DNA from: Eledone cirrhosa
Lineage: Eukaryota
Direction of reading: 5' to 3'
Length of the DNA: 64,000 bases
NCBI GenBank assembly: GCA_964016885.1
Contig: OZ024757.1
Span: forward strand, 11,904,001 to 11,968,000
The notes under the pieces were generated by a model. The model made no database searches and was not told the origin of the DNA. It was given only the letters and a program-made list of their open reading frames with translations. Below are positions 15,961 through 28,949 of this stretch, one piece after another. The number at the start of each line of letters is the position of its first letter. Position 1 is the stretch's first letter. The position numbers and the translations under genes were made by a program.

Positions 15961-16295
15961 TACATAGAATAATGTAGAAATGTCAGGAAAATGAACTGTG
16001 TATGAGACATGATATACATGTGTGTGTATGGAGGGGATATCAGGTATAGTGTTGGTGAATTTCAGGAAGTATGGAGGTTTATATATATATTATTAACAAC
16101 CAGTATAAAACTATGTAGTGACTAGCGCCACCTTTGCTCCGGAAACAGAACTAGTGTCCCCATGGACACAATAAATAGAAGAGATCTGACATCTCTCTTC
16201 CACTTTTCGCTCGAGCTACACACATATCAAGCTGGGGACCGTCGCCCACGCGGCGCAGCCTTGATACTTCAATTTAACAAGGTATGTTTTCTTCA

Positions 16296-16335
<40 letters not shown>

Positions 16336-17184
16336 CGCGCACACACTAATAAAGAGCAAAAGCCATTTTACACTTTTGAGGAACTCCTTGTTGATTATTA
16401 TATTATGTTGCACAGAGTCCAGCCTGAAACCAGCAAATTAGCGGATAGAATATCCGCTAAAGTGATAATTCCTGAAGAACACACATCTCTACTAAACAAC
16501 CTTCTTCTAAATTGGTGACTTCCATGATACAATGCACAAATACAAACATTCCCAACATAACAAAACTTCTTCTAAAACTATAACTATATGTCTATATTGT
16601 GTACATACTCTCGATGAACATTCCAACATATAATTCTATTTAAGTCACCATAAAAACAATTGTTTAATTATATATCTTCTTTTATTTATTTATTGAATAA
16701 TATCTGAATATATTCTAGAATAATATAAATACGATACAACAAATGTTTATTTAGAAATACTGAATAATCCCAATAGAAGAATTATACAAATAATAAAATA
16801 GTAGTTGCTATATTATCAATACGTTAGTATACTTTTCTTTAAACTAAAACCACTAATTAAAATACATCAAATAAGAGATGCTGGGAAGAATTGTTAGTAA
16901 ATGTCAGATAGGTAAATGATAGATTTATATCTTAATGGATAAAATTAAAGTTATTTTATTTTATTTTACAATCTTAATTTTATTCAACAGGTTGTAAATT
17001 ATTCAACGTGTATAAAAATATGATAATATAATTCATTGAAAAAATAATGATAAAGGAGAGAAAAAAGTAGGGGAGGGGCAATTCACCACCAGGTGTGACA
17101 ATTAGCTGCACCTCGCACCTTAGGGGTTAACCCCACACTTTGAGGCAAGCCAACACACTGGCAACATTACCACGGGTGATGGCA

Positions 17185-18078
17185 TGGCTAAGGTACTGAA
17201 ATAACCAGGTACCCTCACCTGACACCCCAGTAAGGTGAGGCTAAGGTAGAGAAATAACCAGGTACCCTCACCTGACACCTCAGTAAGGTGAGGCTAAGTT
17301 AGTGAAATAACCAGGTACCCTCACCTGAGACCTCAGTAAGGTGAGACTAAGGTAGTGAAATAACCAGGTACCTTCACCTGACACCCCAGTAAGGTGAGGC
17401 TAAGGTAGTGAAATAACCAGGTACCCTCACCTGACACCTCAGTAAGGTGAGGCTAAGGTACTTAAATAACCAGGTACCCTCACCTGACACCCCAGTAAGG
17501 TGAGGCTAAGGTACTGAAATAACCAGGTACCCTCACCTGACACCCCAGTAAGGTGAGGCTAAGGTACTGAAATAACCAGGTACCTTCACCTGACACCCCA
17601 GTAAGGTGAGGCTAAGGTAGTGAAATAACCAGGTACCCTCACCTGACACCTCAGTAAGGTGAGGCTAAGGTACTGAAGTAACCAGGTACCCTCACTTGGA
17701 CACCCCAGTAAGGTGAGGCTAAGGTACTGAAATAACCAGGTACCCTCACATACATCACCTGACACTCCAGTAAGGTGAGGCTAAGGTACTGAAATAACCA
17801 GGTACCCTCACAGACATCACCTGACACCCAAGTCAGGTGAGGCTAAGGTACTGAAATAACCAGGTACCCTCACTTGACACCTCAGTAAGGTGAGGCTAAG
17901 GTAGTGAAATAACCAGGTACCCACACCTGACACCTCAGTAAGGTGGGGCTAGGGTACTGAAATAACCAGGTACCCTCACCTGACACCCCAGTAAGGTGAA
18001 GCTAAGGTACTGAAATAACCAGGTACCCTCACCTGACACCTTAGTAAGGTGAGGCTAAGGTACTGAAATAACCAGGTA
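17185..18078. repeat. 53-bp minisatellite, ~16 units, with +9-bp variants
   Basis: Unit GAAATAACCAGGTACCCTCACCTGACACCCCAGTAAGGTGAGGCTAAGGTACT, with an internal 8-bp stem CCTCACCT/AGGTGAGG. Confidence 0.95.
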
Positions 18079-18467
18079 CAATGATTGGGTTTTTCCCCAG
18101 TGTGGCTACGTAAGTGTCTAACAAGATGGAATTTCCGAGTGAAAGGTTTCCCACATATTTCACATCTGAAGGGTTCCTCTCCAGTGTGTGTTCTTTTGTG
18201 TTTAGATAAATCACGGTTACAGACAAAAGATTTCCCACATGTCTCACAGTGGAAGTGTTTGTGTTTGTGTGTAGATAAATCATCTTCTGATGAGAAAGTT
18301 TTCCTACAAATCTCACAGCCATATTCAGGAATGTTTCTGTGTAATGATCCATGTTCAGTACATATTTCACTAGGTAAAGGTTTCTCACCACTGTATGTCT
18401 GTATAACTCTATCTATATTGGTAGAAACAGGTGTGGTAGAAATGTCCAAGGGTTTAACATATTCCAT
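17976..18467 (-). CDS. Truncated C2H2 zinc-finger ORF (~3 fingers) running into the minisatellite; possibly a pseudogene
   Basis: The N-terminus MEYVKPLDISTTPVSTNID is shared with the paralogs. Fingers [19 protein letters not shown] and FRCEICGKPF; the fourth finger is cut after HTGEKPNHC. Confidence 0.6.
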   Translation of the reverse strand: MEYVKPLDISTTPVSTNIDRVIQTYSGEKPLPSEICTEHGSLHRNIPEYGCEICRKTFSSEDDLSTHKHKHFHCETCGKSFVCNRDLSKHKRTHTGEEPFRCEICGKPFTRKFHLVRHLRSHTGEKPNHCTWLFQYLSLTLLRCQVRVPGYFSTLASPYWGVR

Positions 18468-18551
18468 TGTAATTCTTGAAGAATTCTCAAAACTCGAGAA
18501 GAGATATGATTGTGTACGAGTAATTTGGGGTAAGAAATGGCCCTCTATGTA

Positions 18552-18615
<64 letters not shown>

Positions 18616-18639
18616 CGGGTGTATATCGATGTATATGCA

Positions 18640-19295
18640 AGCAGTCCCAACAAACCCGGATTGTTTATCACGGAGTGTAGAAAAGTACACAATATCTGCT
18701 GTGGTAACTACAAATAATACGTACTTTATATTTCAAGTCCAAGTGTAAAGTCAAGAAAGACCAGGGAAGCTAATTGTTCAGATGTTGGTGATTTAAACCT
18801 ATTTCTCACTGTCATGTAAAATGTGGAACAACCAATTCACGATGTGGCGTAGTTTCTCATGAAATGAAATATTTAATCATGTAGGAGATGGAACACCTAC
18901 CCTGGAACATGTAGCTCACTCTATGTTATCTACAGAATATTAACTTTCACCTTAACATGAGATAATTGCTACACAAGATATAATTAGATTAATTAAAGTT
19001 ATAATTAAGATAGCAGGTACGTGGTGTCGTTGACAATGTTTCCCTAATCATAAATAATATCGGTGTCATGCGTTAAAAGTCCCTGACATAATTTAATACC
19101 TTCACAAAGATCTTCAGTTATATCATTTCACTCCATCAATTGTATCCAATCCATGGTAAAACAAGAAGAATCATACAGTGAAATATTTATTACGTATCAA
19201 CGGTTACTTGTCCTGGTAGAAATAGTAGCCAAATATCACTCTCTAATGTCTTACAACAACAAAAACCATATTCTGCAGTTTAGTCACACACACAC
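18640..19295 (-). promoter_or_regulatory. Conserved non-coding module upstream of the ZNF ORFs (putative promoter / 5'UTR). Paralogs at ~39860-40520, ~51655-52320 (inverted), diverged at ~4180-4590 (x3), distal remnant at ~63445-63545
   Basis: Aligns by eye and always lies 5' of a ZNF ORF in the same relative orientation. Regulatory function is inferred. Confidence 0.5.
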
Positions 19296-20442
19296 GTATA
19301 TATATCTAAATGTATATATATAGATATATATATATAAACAGGATAGTCACGGCTGGAACAACTTTAACTATAGGTCTGCTCCATCATACTAACATGGGAT
19401 TTAAATTGAGCAAAGGTGGAGTTGTCTCCCTTGGTACTTTACTACGCTACGTTTGTTTATATATATCATCATCATCATCATCATATTCAACATTATCATT
19501 TAACCTTCATTTTTATCACACCTACATGTCTTAAATGGGTTGTCACGTTATGAGACATGTCAGGTGTGGAGACCAGGTCTCATATGAATGTGTATTTTGG
19601 TTTGGTTTCTAAGGCTGGATGTCCTTATTAACACGAAACACGTTACAATGTGGACTGCACACTTTTGTATGACCACCTTACAGGATGAACTGGGTGTTTT
19701 TATTGTTGTAGCATCAACGGGGTGTGAGGGATATTTAGCAGGTGAGGGCAGGGTCTTATGAATGGGGAGGGTGAAGAGAAGATTGGTACAGACTAGTGTG
19801 TTCTCTACATGTTTGTATTATTTCATTTTCAGCACATGGGAAGGGGGGGGTGTCTTCTACAGAACAGCATGACGCCAGAGGTCTCGATCCTGTGACATTT
19901 CCATTGAGAGGTTTAATTGGGCAAGGTGCGCTTTTATTATTTCATCCCAAGCTTTCCTAAGTCTTCCCCTTTCATAGTTAACATCGACTTTGACAACCCT
20001 GTACCTTTTTATACAGCTGTTACCTTCCATATACATCATATGTCGAAACCACCACAATCTCCTCTCCTCGACACTGTATCTGACCTTTCTTATACCTAGT
20101 TTCTCTCTCAGTTTATTAATGCTTGTTGTTCATGCACACTATTACACATCTATCAGATCCTGTAAACTTCATTTCTTTCCAGTCTTTATAGGTCCTCTGA
20201 ATATATTGCCCTGGTCTCACTTCAATGTAACATTGCTGTTCGTACACAAACTTCATACACTCTGCCTTTCACTTTCAGGGAAAATCAATTTGTAGGCAGC
20301 AGTAGTAATCGCTCCCTAAACTTTTCCATCCCATTCTCACTCCGGCTACTGTATCTTCAGAACACCCACCTCCACTGTTAATTTGGTCATCTAGTTAACA
20401 CAAATTATGAACCGGTTTCTACAGAGCCTTCTGGACATTTAA

Positions 20443-20663
20443 CCCTTTAGCATTTAAACCAGCCATACCTAGCCAGAATACTCCCACATCTTTCTGTTCA
20501 AACCGGCCATAACTGGCCAATCATACTGACGTTAAGGTATTGTTCTCAATGTAAATAATATCAAAATCTCATAGATTCGATATGATGTGATATAATTATG
20601 TAAGATAAAGCCTTTACCACAAAAATACAATAGTATATATAGAGTAATGGAAATGCTAAAGGG
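20443..20663. mobile_element. piggyBac-type MITE (same insertion site also at 27020-27240 and 43016-43236)
   Basis: TTAA|CCCTTTAGCATT ... AATGCTAAAGGG|TTAA: TTAA TSD with CCC/GGG termini. Confidence 0.9.
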
Positions 20664-21747
20664 TTAAAATAGCTTATTATTTTGTGAGCTGTTCCTACTT
20701 ATTGCTCTTGTGCATCAAGCACATACACAACTTACATTCTTTTGCTAACCTCACTGAGATCCAACTACATCTCTTATTTATCCATAGTTTGGAATTTCCA
20801 CCTACTCCTTTCCCTTAGATTGAGCAAAGCTATTGTCTTGGGGGTATATAGACCCTGTTTTCCTTTCTATTTTGCCAAGTTAACTTTAAGACATTTTCAG
20901 TCTAGGCCATGCTTCCGGGTTTGTAATTTCTCCTCTAATTTTACCACAGATTAAGTAACAAGGGTTCAATCATGTGCATACAGGAGTTCCCATGGACAGC
21001 CAGTCATAAACTATTATGCAATAGCCTGCAGGATGATAATAAACAGAAGAGGGTTAATAACAGAGCCCTGATAGACTTTCTCACTCAATTCTTCACTATA
21101 GCCATCATTACTTTTAACCTTACTGACTGCTCCTCCATACATGACTTTTACTGCTCTCACAAGCCACTCATATAGTTTTCTAAGTTACACACCAGATTAG
21201 GGAACGGGGAAGTCTCACAGAAGCTCTTTCTGGGTCAACAAATGCCAAGTAGAGGGGATTATTTTAGCTAGGTACTGCTCTTGCAATTGCCACACAAGGA
21301 AGAGGACATCAGTGGTACTTTTACTTGGCACAAATCCTTCATCTCATCTAGGTTAACTTGGTCCCTAATAAGCTGTGTTATAACTCTACCATCTTCATGA
21401 ACTGGTCCATCCAATGTCTCTATAGTTTTCTAGCTCTAGCACATCTTTGCCCTTGTAGCAGTTGATGATGATGATACTACACCATTCATTTGGTATGACA
21501 CCATTTTATATTACTTGCTTTACGATATCAGTGGTTATGATGTGACCCACCACCCCAAATACTTTCAGTATCTCAGCAACTATCACCAATGGACAAGATA
21601 CTTTCTCTGTCTTCATATCCTTAATTACCTTAGTACGCTACTGCTTACTTATATGGCTGGACCCTCTGTTGGGCCCATTTTCTGTAGACTATCTTCCTCC
21701 CATGCATTCTCCTTATTCAGTAATCTTTCATAAAGGCATTTCCATGT

Positions 21748-21947
21748 TACAAAGGTTGGCTGAAAAGTTCATAGACTATCAATGATATCATAATGCTAGA
21801 GCTGTGAAATCTTGCCTGCATTAATTTCAACTCTTTTTATTAATAACTGCATTGTTGCCTTCCAGGGACTATGTTGAAAAATAAACCTCATTTGGTCATT
21901 CCATGAGAGTATCTTGGTCTGCCTATGAACTTTTCAGCTGACTCTAT
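21748..21947. mobile_element. Tc1/mariner-type MITE inside the RTE (copies ~25756-25956 and ~44316-44516; fragment ~10040-10095)
   Basis: TIR TA|CAAAGGTTGGCTGAAAAGTTCATAG ... CTATGAACTTTTCAGCTGACTCT. Confidence 0.75.
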
Positions 21948-22634
21948 TCAGCATCAGTGAAGGCAAGTGCCCCATTATCATCCTGGACACACTTTACCCC
22001 AACATCACAATTTTCCCTCACACACTGCCTCACAATCCTGAACATCTCATGTATTTCATCCTCACATAAAACCAGCTGAAATTATATATTCTCTGCTTCC
22101 CTCCTTGCAAAGAATACTTCTTGCCTAGCTTCCTGGTAGTGTACCCTCCAGCTTCCCCCATTCTGCCATTATTCCATGCCTGTCTCTTGGCCTTAACTGT
22201 CTTATCTACCCTAGTGTTTCACCACCAAGTTACTCTCCTTCTCTCTGAAGCCCTGCTCCAGCCACAGATCTAGTTGACACCTTCAGCAAAGTTTCTTTCA
22301 GGAACTCCCACTGTTCCCCTATATTGTATGTTTCTATTTGTTCTTCTTTACTGTTGTAAAGATCAAACAAAATATCTTTAAATTTGGAACTGGCTGAGGG
22401 GTCCTTTCACTTCCATATCCTTCTCCTCCGGGTTGCCCTCAGTCTTCAAGTTCATCTAAGTCTATGAAGTCACTAACTACTAGGTTATGTTGGGAGGTGC
22501 ATTTTTCCCCAGGGGTGGGGATTGTGTGTTTACAAATGTCACTATCTCATCTTCTGGTGAGGATAAAAATCTGACTGGCATGCTCACCTGATCAATAGGT
22601 GTTGAAGTGGTTGCCAGGTAAACGTTAAGACCCT

Positions 22635-22668
<34 letters not shown>

Positions 22669-22669
<1 letters not shown>

Positions 22670-23545
22670 TAGAAGTGGTACCCGGGGTTGCACGGGATAA
22701 GGTATTTTGGAACGCGTGCTGCCAATAGACCTAATCGTGGAAAAACTGCATGCCTGGACAATATGTAAAGAAAATAAATCGAATACTCTGATGGTTGGAT
22801 AATCTTTAAGATCTTCCTCGATGAAGCAGGAAAAATGCAGGTTTTCACCTAATGCAGGCCCTAGGGGACAAGAAAATAATTTTTTTTTATGTGCTTAACA
22901 TGCCTTGAAATTTCGAGAAAATCGGCTATACGTAACGCCTCCAAAAAGCCCTAAGAGGCTGAAAAAAATGAAGTCTTTCACCTAATGCGGGCCCTAGGCT
23001 ATAATAGAGTTGGATTTTCTTTGCTTACGGTATGAAGAAGAGACTGACTAATACATAGTTACAATTTCAAGGAAATCGGTTTGACGTAACGCCTCAAAAA
23101 ACCCCTAAAAATGTTAAAAAACGCAGTTGAATTTTGTTATGTGCATAACACTCCCTGAAACATAATACATATGTTAAGTTTGAAAAAATTCGGTTGGGTA
23201 CTTCTCGAGTTTTAGGGATTCAAACTCACAGACACACACAGACAGACATCGTCAGGGAAGTGACGTAATGCAGACAGCCAGACATACAGACAGATATTAT
23301 AAGGGTGCGGCGTTACATGTATGTATCTATCTAAAAAGAGAAAGACTAAGAATTATAGAGAGAGATCGCTAAATTGCCTAATGCGGTCCCTAGGGCAAAG
23401 AAAATTTGAAATTTGTTTTGCCCAGAACACTCCCTGAAACCTAAGTATTACATGTGTAAAGTTTGAAAACAGTCGGTTGGGTGGTTCTCGAGTTTTAGGG
23501 ATTCGAACTCACAGGCACACAGACATCCTCAGTTTTATATATATA
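22669..23545 (-). mobile_element. Non-autonomous Helitron, copy H2
   Basis: Same family and termini as H1. Confidence 0.85.
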
Positions 23546-24160
23546 TATATATACTTATATATGTACAAATATATATATTTATATGAGAGTATTGAAGTTT
23601 GCTTGAAGCATTGTCGAATAATAGGTAAATATCTTTAAGTCGTTTGGAAGCCTCGACAATGCAAATGGGTATCTCTCCGGGTAACAATATCCGGTGGTGG
23701 AGAGAGAGACGTAAGTGGGTGTACGTTGAGATGCGTGGTGTGTATAAAACGTGTAGAGGAATGAAGGAAAGAGTATAAAGGATAAAATTAAAATAACAAC
23801 ACGAGAGAGAGTTACCTTGGGAGAGAATTAATTATCCCTATATATTTCGGATTCACATCCATCAACTGGGGTTTTTTTCCGGGGTGGGGGGAAGGTTGTC
23901 TGTCGGAAAGGTGCGAAACGCGTCCTCCGCTGTTTGTTGTTTTGAATGTATTTATATGTATATATTGTTATACTTGGGGAGGGTCATATTTGTGTAATAT
24001 TGCCAGAATTAATAACAGAACACACTCATTGTTTGGTTGGTTTTCGCTTTTCGCTTCTGTGTCCTTTATATCGGTAATCTAATTTATTCGGTCCTCAATG
24101 TTGCCATTGACTGACCAACGGTCAGTCAATATATACTTATATATGTACAAATATATATAT

Positions 24161-24213
<53 letters not shown>

Positions 24214-24224
24214 AATATATATAT

Positions 24225-24302
<78 letters not shown>

Positions 24303-24577
24303 CACACAATGACAAACAGAATCAGTATTTCATTTATGGACCTCAAAATATAGAAGCAGCTTCACCTCAGTGGGATTTTTACTCTGAGAGCTAGAGCAGA
24401 CACTGAACATATATCCAGATGTGCACACATCTATATAAGAACACATATATAAATATATACATATGTACACACACATACACATATTTATACACACGTAATT
24501 ATACTCACATATAGATATACATATACACAAATATTATCGAGCCCTCTTCGGATTTTAGTCTTCACATTTATTATATA

Positions 24578-25541
24578 CTAGCAGTGGTACCCGGCATTGC
24601 ACGGGATAAAGTATTTTGGAACGCGGGCCGCCAACAGACCTAATCGTGGAAAAACTGCATGCCTGGGCAATATGTAAATAAAATAAACCAAAATCTCTGA
24701 TGGCTGGATAATCTTTAAAGTTTTACTCGATGAAGCAGGAAAAATACAGGTTTTCACCTAATGCGGGCCCTGGGGGATCAAGAAAATGAATATTTTTTAT
24801 GTGCAGAATATGCCTTGAAATGTCGGGAAAATCGACTAGACATAACGCCTCCAAAAAGCCCTAAGAGGCTGAAAAAATGAAGATTTTCACCCTAGACCAT
24901 TAAAAAGTTGGAATTTCTTTGCTTACGGTATGAAGAAGAAACTGACTAATACATAGTTACAATTTCAAGGAAATCGGTCTGACGTAACACCTTAAAAACC
25001 CCTAAAAACCTTAAACAAAACGCAGTTTTTCACGTAATATGGGCCCTAGGGGATCAAAAAGTTGAAATTCTTATGTGCATAACACTCCCTGAAACATAAG
25101 TAATACAAATGTAAATTTTGAAAAGAATCGATGGGTACTTCTCGAGTTTTAGGGATTCAAACTCACAGACACACACACACAAACAAAGACACATATACAC
25201 ACACACAGAGACATCCCCAGGGAAGTGACGTAATGCAGACAGCCAGATATACAGACATATATTATAAGGGCGCGACGTTATATGTATGTATCTATCTAAA
25301 AAGAGAAAAACTAAGAATTACAGAGAGAGATCGCTAAATCGCCTAATGTCGTCCCTAGGGCATTGAAAATTTAAAATTTGTTTTGCTCAGAAAACTCCCT
25401 GAAACATAAGTATTATATGTGTAATGTTTGAAAACGGTCGGTTTGGTGCTTCTGGAGTTTTAGGGATTCAAACACACGCACACACAGACACACATCCTCA
25501 GTTTTATATATATACTAGCAGTGGTACCCGGCGTTGCACGG
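24578..25541 (-). mobile_element. Non-autonomous Helitron H3 plus a tandem 3'-end stub (25515-25541)
   Basis: CTAG plus hairpin end at 24578 and again at 25515. The stub is fused directly to RTE sequence. Confidence 0.85.
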
Positions 25542-27748
25542 TGGGAGTTCCTCAACGAAACTTTTCTGAAGGTATCAAACTAGATCTGTGGCTGGAGCAG
25601 GGATTCAGAGAGAAGGAGAGTAACTTGGAGTTTTATGATGTAAGGATGAAATACATGAGATGTTCAGGATTGTGAGGCAGTGTGTGAGGGAAAATTGTGA
25701 TGTTGGGGTAAAGTGTGTCCAGAATGATAATGGGACACTTGCCCTCACTGACACTGAATAGGGTCAGCTGAAAAGTTCATAGGCAGACCAAGATACTCTC
25801 ATGGATTGACCAAATGAGGTTTATTTTTCAACGTAGTCCCTGGAAGGAAACAATGCAGTTATTAATAAGAAGAGTTGAAATAATGCAGGCAAGATTTCAC
25901 AGCTCTAGCATCATGCTATCATTGATAGTCTATGAACTTTTCAGCCAACCTTTGTAACATGGAAATGCCTCTATGAAAGATTACTGAATGAGGAGAATGC
26001 ATGGGAGGAAGATAGTCTACAGAAAGTGGGCCCACAGCCATACAAGTAAGCAGTAGCATAGTAAGGTAATTAAGGATATGAAGACAGAGAAAGTATCTTG
26101 TCCATTGGTGATAGTTGCTGAGATACTGAAAGTATCTGGCATGGTGGGTCACATCTTAACCACTTGTATCGTACAGCAAGTAATACAAAATGGTGTCATA
26201 CCAAATAAATGGTGTAGTATCATCATCATCTACTGCTGCAAGGGCAAAGGAGATGTACTAGAGCTAGAAAACTATAGAGACATTGGATGGACCACTTCAT
26301 GAAGATGTTAGAGTTATAACACAGCTGATTAGGGACCAAGTTAACCTAGATGAGATGAAGATTGTATTTGTCCTCTTCCTTGTATGGCAACTGCAAAAGC
26401 AGTACCTAGCTAAAATAAGCCCCTCTACTTGGCATTTGTTGACCCAGAAAGAGCTTCTGTGAGACTTCGCCGTTCCATAATCTGGTGTGTAACTTAGAAA
26501 ACTAGGGGTGTATGAGTGGCTTGTGAGAGCAGTAAAAGCCATGTATGGAGGAGCAGTCAGTAAGGTTAAAAGTAATGATGGCTATAGTGAAGAGTTGAGT
26601 GAGCAAGTCTATCAGGGCTCTGTTATTAACCCTCTTCTGTTTATTATCATCCTGCAGCCTATTGCATAAGAGTTTAAGACTGGCTGTCCATGGGAACTCC
26701 TGTATGCACATGATTGAACCCTTGTCACTTAATCTATGGTAAAATTAGAGGAGAAATTCCAAACCCAGAAGCATAGCCTAGAATGAAAATGTCTTAAAGT
26801 TAACTTGGCAAAATAGAAAGGAAAACAGGGTCTATATACCCCCAAGACAATAGCTTTGCTCAATCTAAGGGAAAGGAGTAGGTGGAAATTCCAAACTATG
26901 GATAAATAAGAGATGTAGTGGGATCTCAGTGAGGTTAGCAAAAGAATGTAAGTTGTGTATGTGCTTGATGCACAAGAGCAATAAGTAGGAACAGCTTACA
27001 AAATAATAAGCTATTTTAACCCTTTAGCATTTATATTACTCTATATATACTATTGTATTTTTGTGGTAAAGGCTTTATCTTACATAATTATATCACATCA
27101 TATCGAATCTATGAGATTTTGATATTATTTATTTTGACAACAATACCTTAATGTCGGTATGAGTGGCCAGTTATGGCTGGTTTGAACAGAAAGATGTGAG
27201 AGTATTCTGGCTAGGTATGGCTGGTTTAAATGCTAAAGGGTTAAATGTCCAGAAGGCTCTGTAGAAACCGGTTCATAATTTCTGTTAACTAGATGACCAA
27301 ATTAACAGTGGAGGTGGGTGTTCTGAAAGTACAGTAGCCTGAGTGAGAATGGAATGGAAAAGTTTAGGGAGCTATTACTACTGCTGCCTACAAAATGATT
27401 TCCCCTGAAAGTGAAAGGCAGATTGTATGAAGTTTGTGTACGAACAGCAATGTTACATTGAAGTGAGACCAGGGCAATATATTCAGAGGACCTATAAAGA
27501 CTGAAAAGAAATGAAGTTTACAGGATCTGATAGATGTGTAATAGTGTGCATGAACAACAAGCATTAATAAACTGAGAGATAAACTAGGCATAAGAGAGGT
27601 CAGATGCAGTGTAGAGGAGATTGCGGTGGTTTGGACATGTGATGTATATGAAACATGACAGCTGTATAAAAAGGTACAGGGTTGTCAACGTCGTTAACAT
27701 GAAAGAGGAAGACCTAGGAAAGTTTGCGATGAAATAATAAAAGCTGAC
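25542..27748 (+). mobile_element. Degenerate RTE LINE (segmental copy 2, inverted relative to copy 1)
   Basis: Reverse complement of ~19950-22310, including both nested MITEs. Confidence 0.9.
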
Positions 27749-27764
27749 AAGATATAATTAGATT

Positions 27765-28330
27765 ACACTAAAGACACACACTTCCATCATGAAATATGTG
27801 GGAAGTCTTTTACTTCTAACAGTAATTTAACTGTAAAAACGGGAACACACACTGGAGAAAATGTCTATCATTGTAAAATATGTGGGAAATCTTTTGTTCT
27901 GAACAATCATTTAATTGAACATAAAATAAACCACACTGGAGAGAAACCCTATCACTGTGAAATATGTGGGAATCTTTCATTAGTAACAGTGAATATAATA
28001 AACACAAAATTACACACACTGGAGAGAAACCCTATCACTGTGAAATATGTGGGAATCTTTCATTAGTAACAGTGAATATAATAAACACAAAATAAACCAC
28101 ACTGGAGAGAAACCCTATCACTGTGAAATATGTGGGAATCTTTCATTAGTAACAGTTGAATGTAATAGACACAAAATAACACACGCTTGTGAAAAACCTT
28201 TTACACAGTGAAATGTGAGGGAAATGTTTTTTCTCTAACAGTTACTTAGACATACAGAGGAAGGAAAGTTTTAAACTGTGAAACATGAGACATCCTTCGT
28301 CTTACAACTCTGAACTTATTTTCCACCAAT
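27765..28330 (+). pseudogene. C2H2 zinc-finger pseudogene with three 83-bp frameshifted finger repeats
   Basis: CACACTGGAGAGAAACCCTATCACTGTGAAATATGTGGGAATCTTTC at 27932, 28015 and 28098. Confidence 0.85.
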
Positions 28331-28949
28331 ATCAAATGTGAATACTTGGCTGTTTGATAGACTCCAAACATTGCTGGCCATTTTTACAAATATATTTTCA
28401 TTTTAAATTAAAATCTTTCTCTGATCTATTCTTGACTTTTTGAATTACTTTTAAATCTATGCCAGAAGTTTCTGCCTTTTGTTTGCCAACAGCAACATTT
28501 CCTGGTAGTGTGTGTAATTGAGGGTCCTTCCATCACCTGGGGTAAAGCATGGGCTTCCAATTGATCTCTGATGTTACTAGTATGCATGAATGGACCTGTA
28601 ACTCCTGACGGAGTCGTAGTAGCAACCTATTGACATAGGTTATTTCTAGGGTATAATATAACCTGCCAGGACCCATCTCCTCTCCAGGTCTGAATACAGC
28701 AGATTTCTTCCAGAGAATTATTGAGAGTGAATGAGAAAGAGATGAAGAGGAAGAGTCGACCCCAGTATTAGACTGGTACCTTTGTTTATTGACCTCAAAT
28801 GGATGAAAGGAGAAGTCGACCTGGGTGAGATTTGAACTGAGAGAGTAGAGAGCTGAAACAAATATTGCAAAGTATTCTATCAGACATTCTAACGACTCAT
28901 GAAATTCACATAATAAGGTGAGATAATTGTGAGTATGTAATTCCACATA

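Larger units (their letters stand above)
19467..22615 (-). mobile_element. Degenerate RTE LINE carrying nested MITEs (segmental copy 1)
   Basis: WFRHMMYM...RGRLRKAWDEII C-terminus, RT and endonuclease remnants, (CAT)n tail at the left end. Confidence 0.85.

Noticed and set aside
17185-18078. CRISPR-like array of hairpin-forming repeats
   Set aside because: The units are contiguous with no unique spacers, there are no cas genes, and the context is eukaryotic. It is a minisatellite.
18085-18717. 210-aa + strand ORF and similar antisense or alternate-frame ORFs over the ZNFs (3497, 38894, 39540, 52656, 53367)
   Set aside because: These are shadow frames of the periodic C2H2 coding strand.
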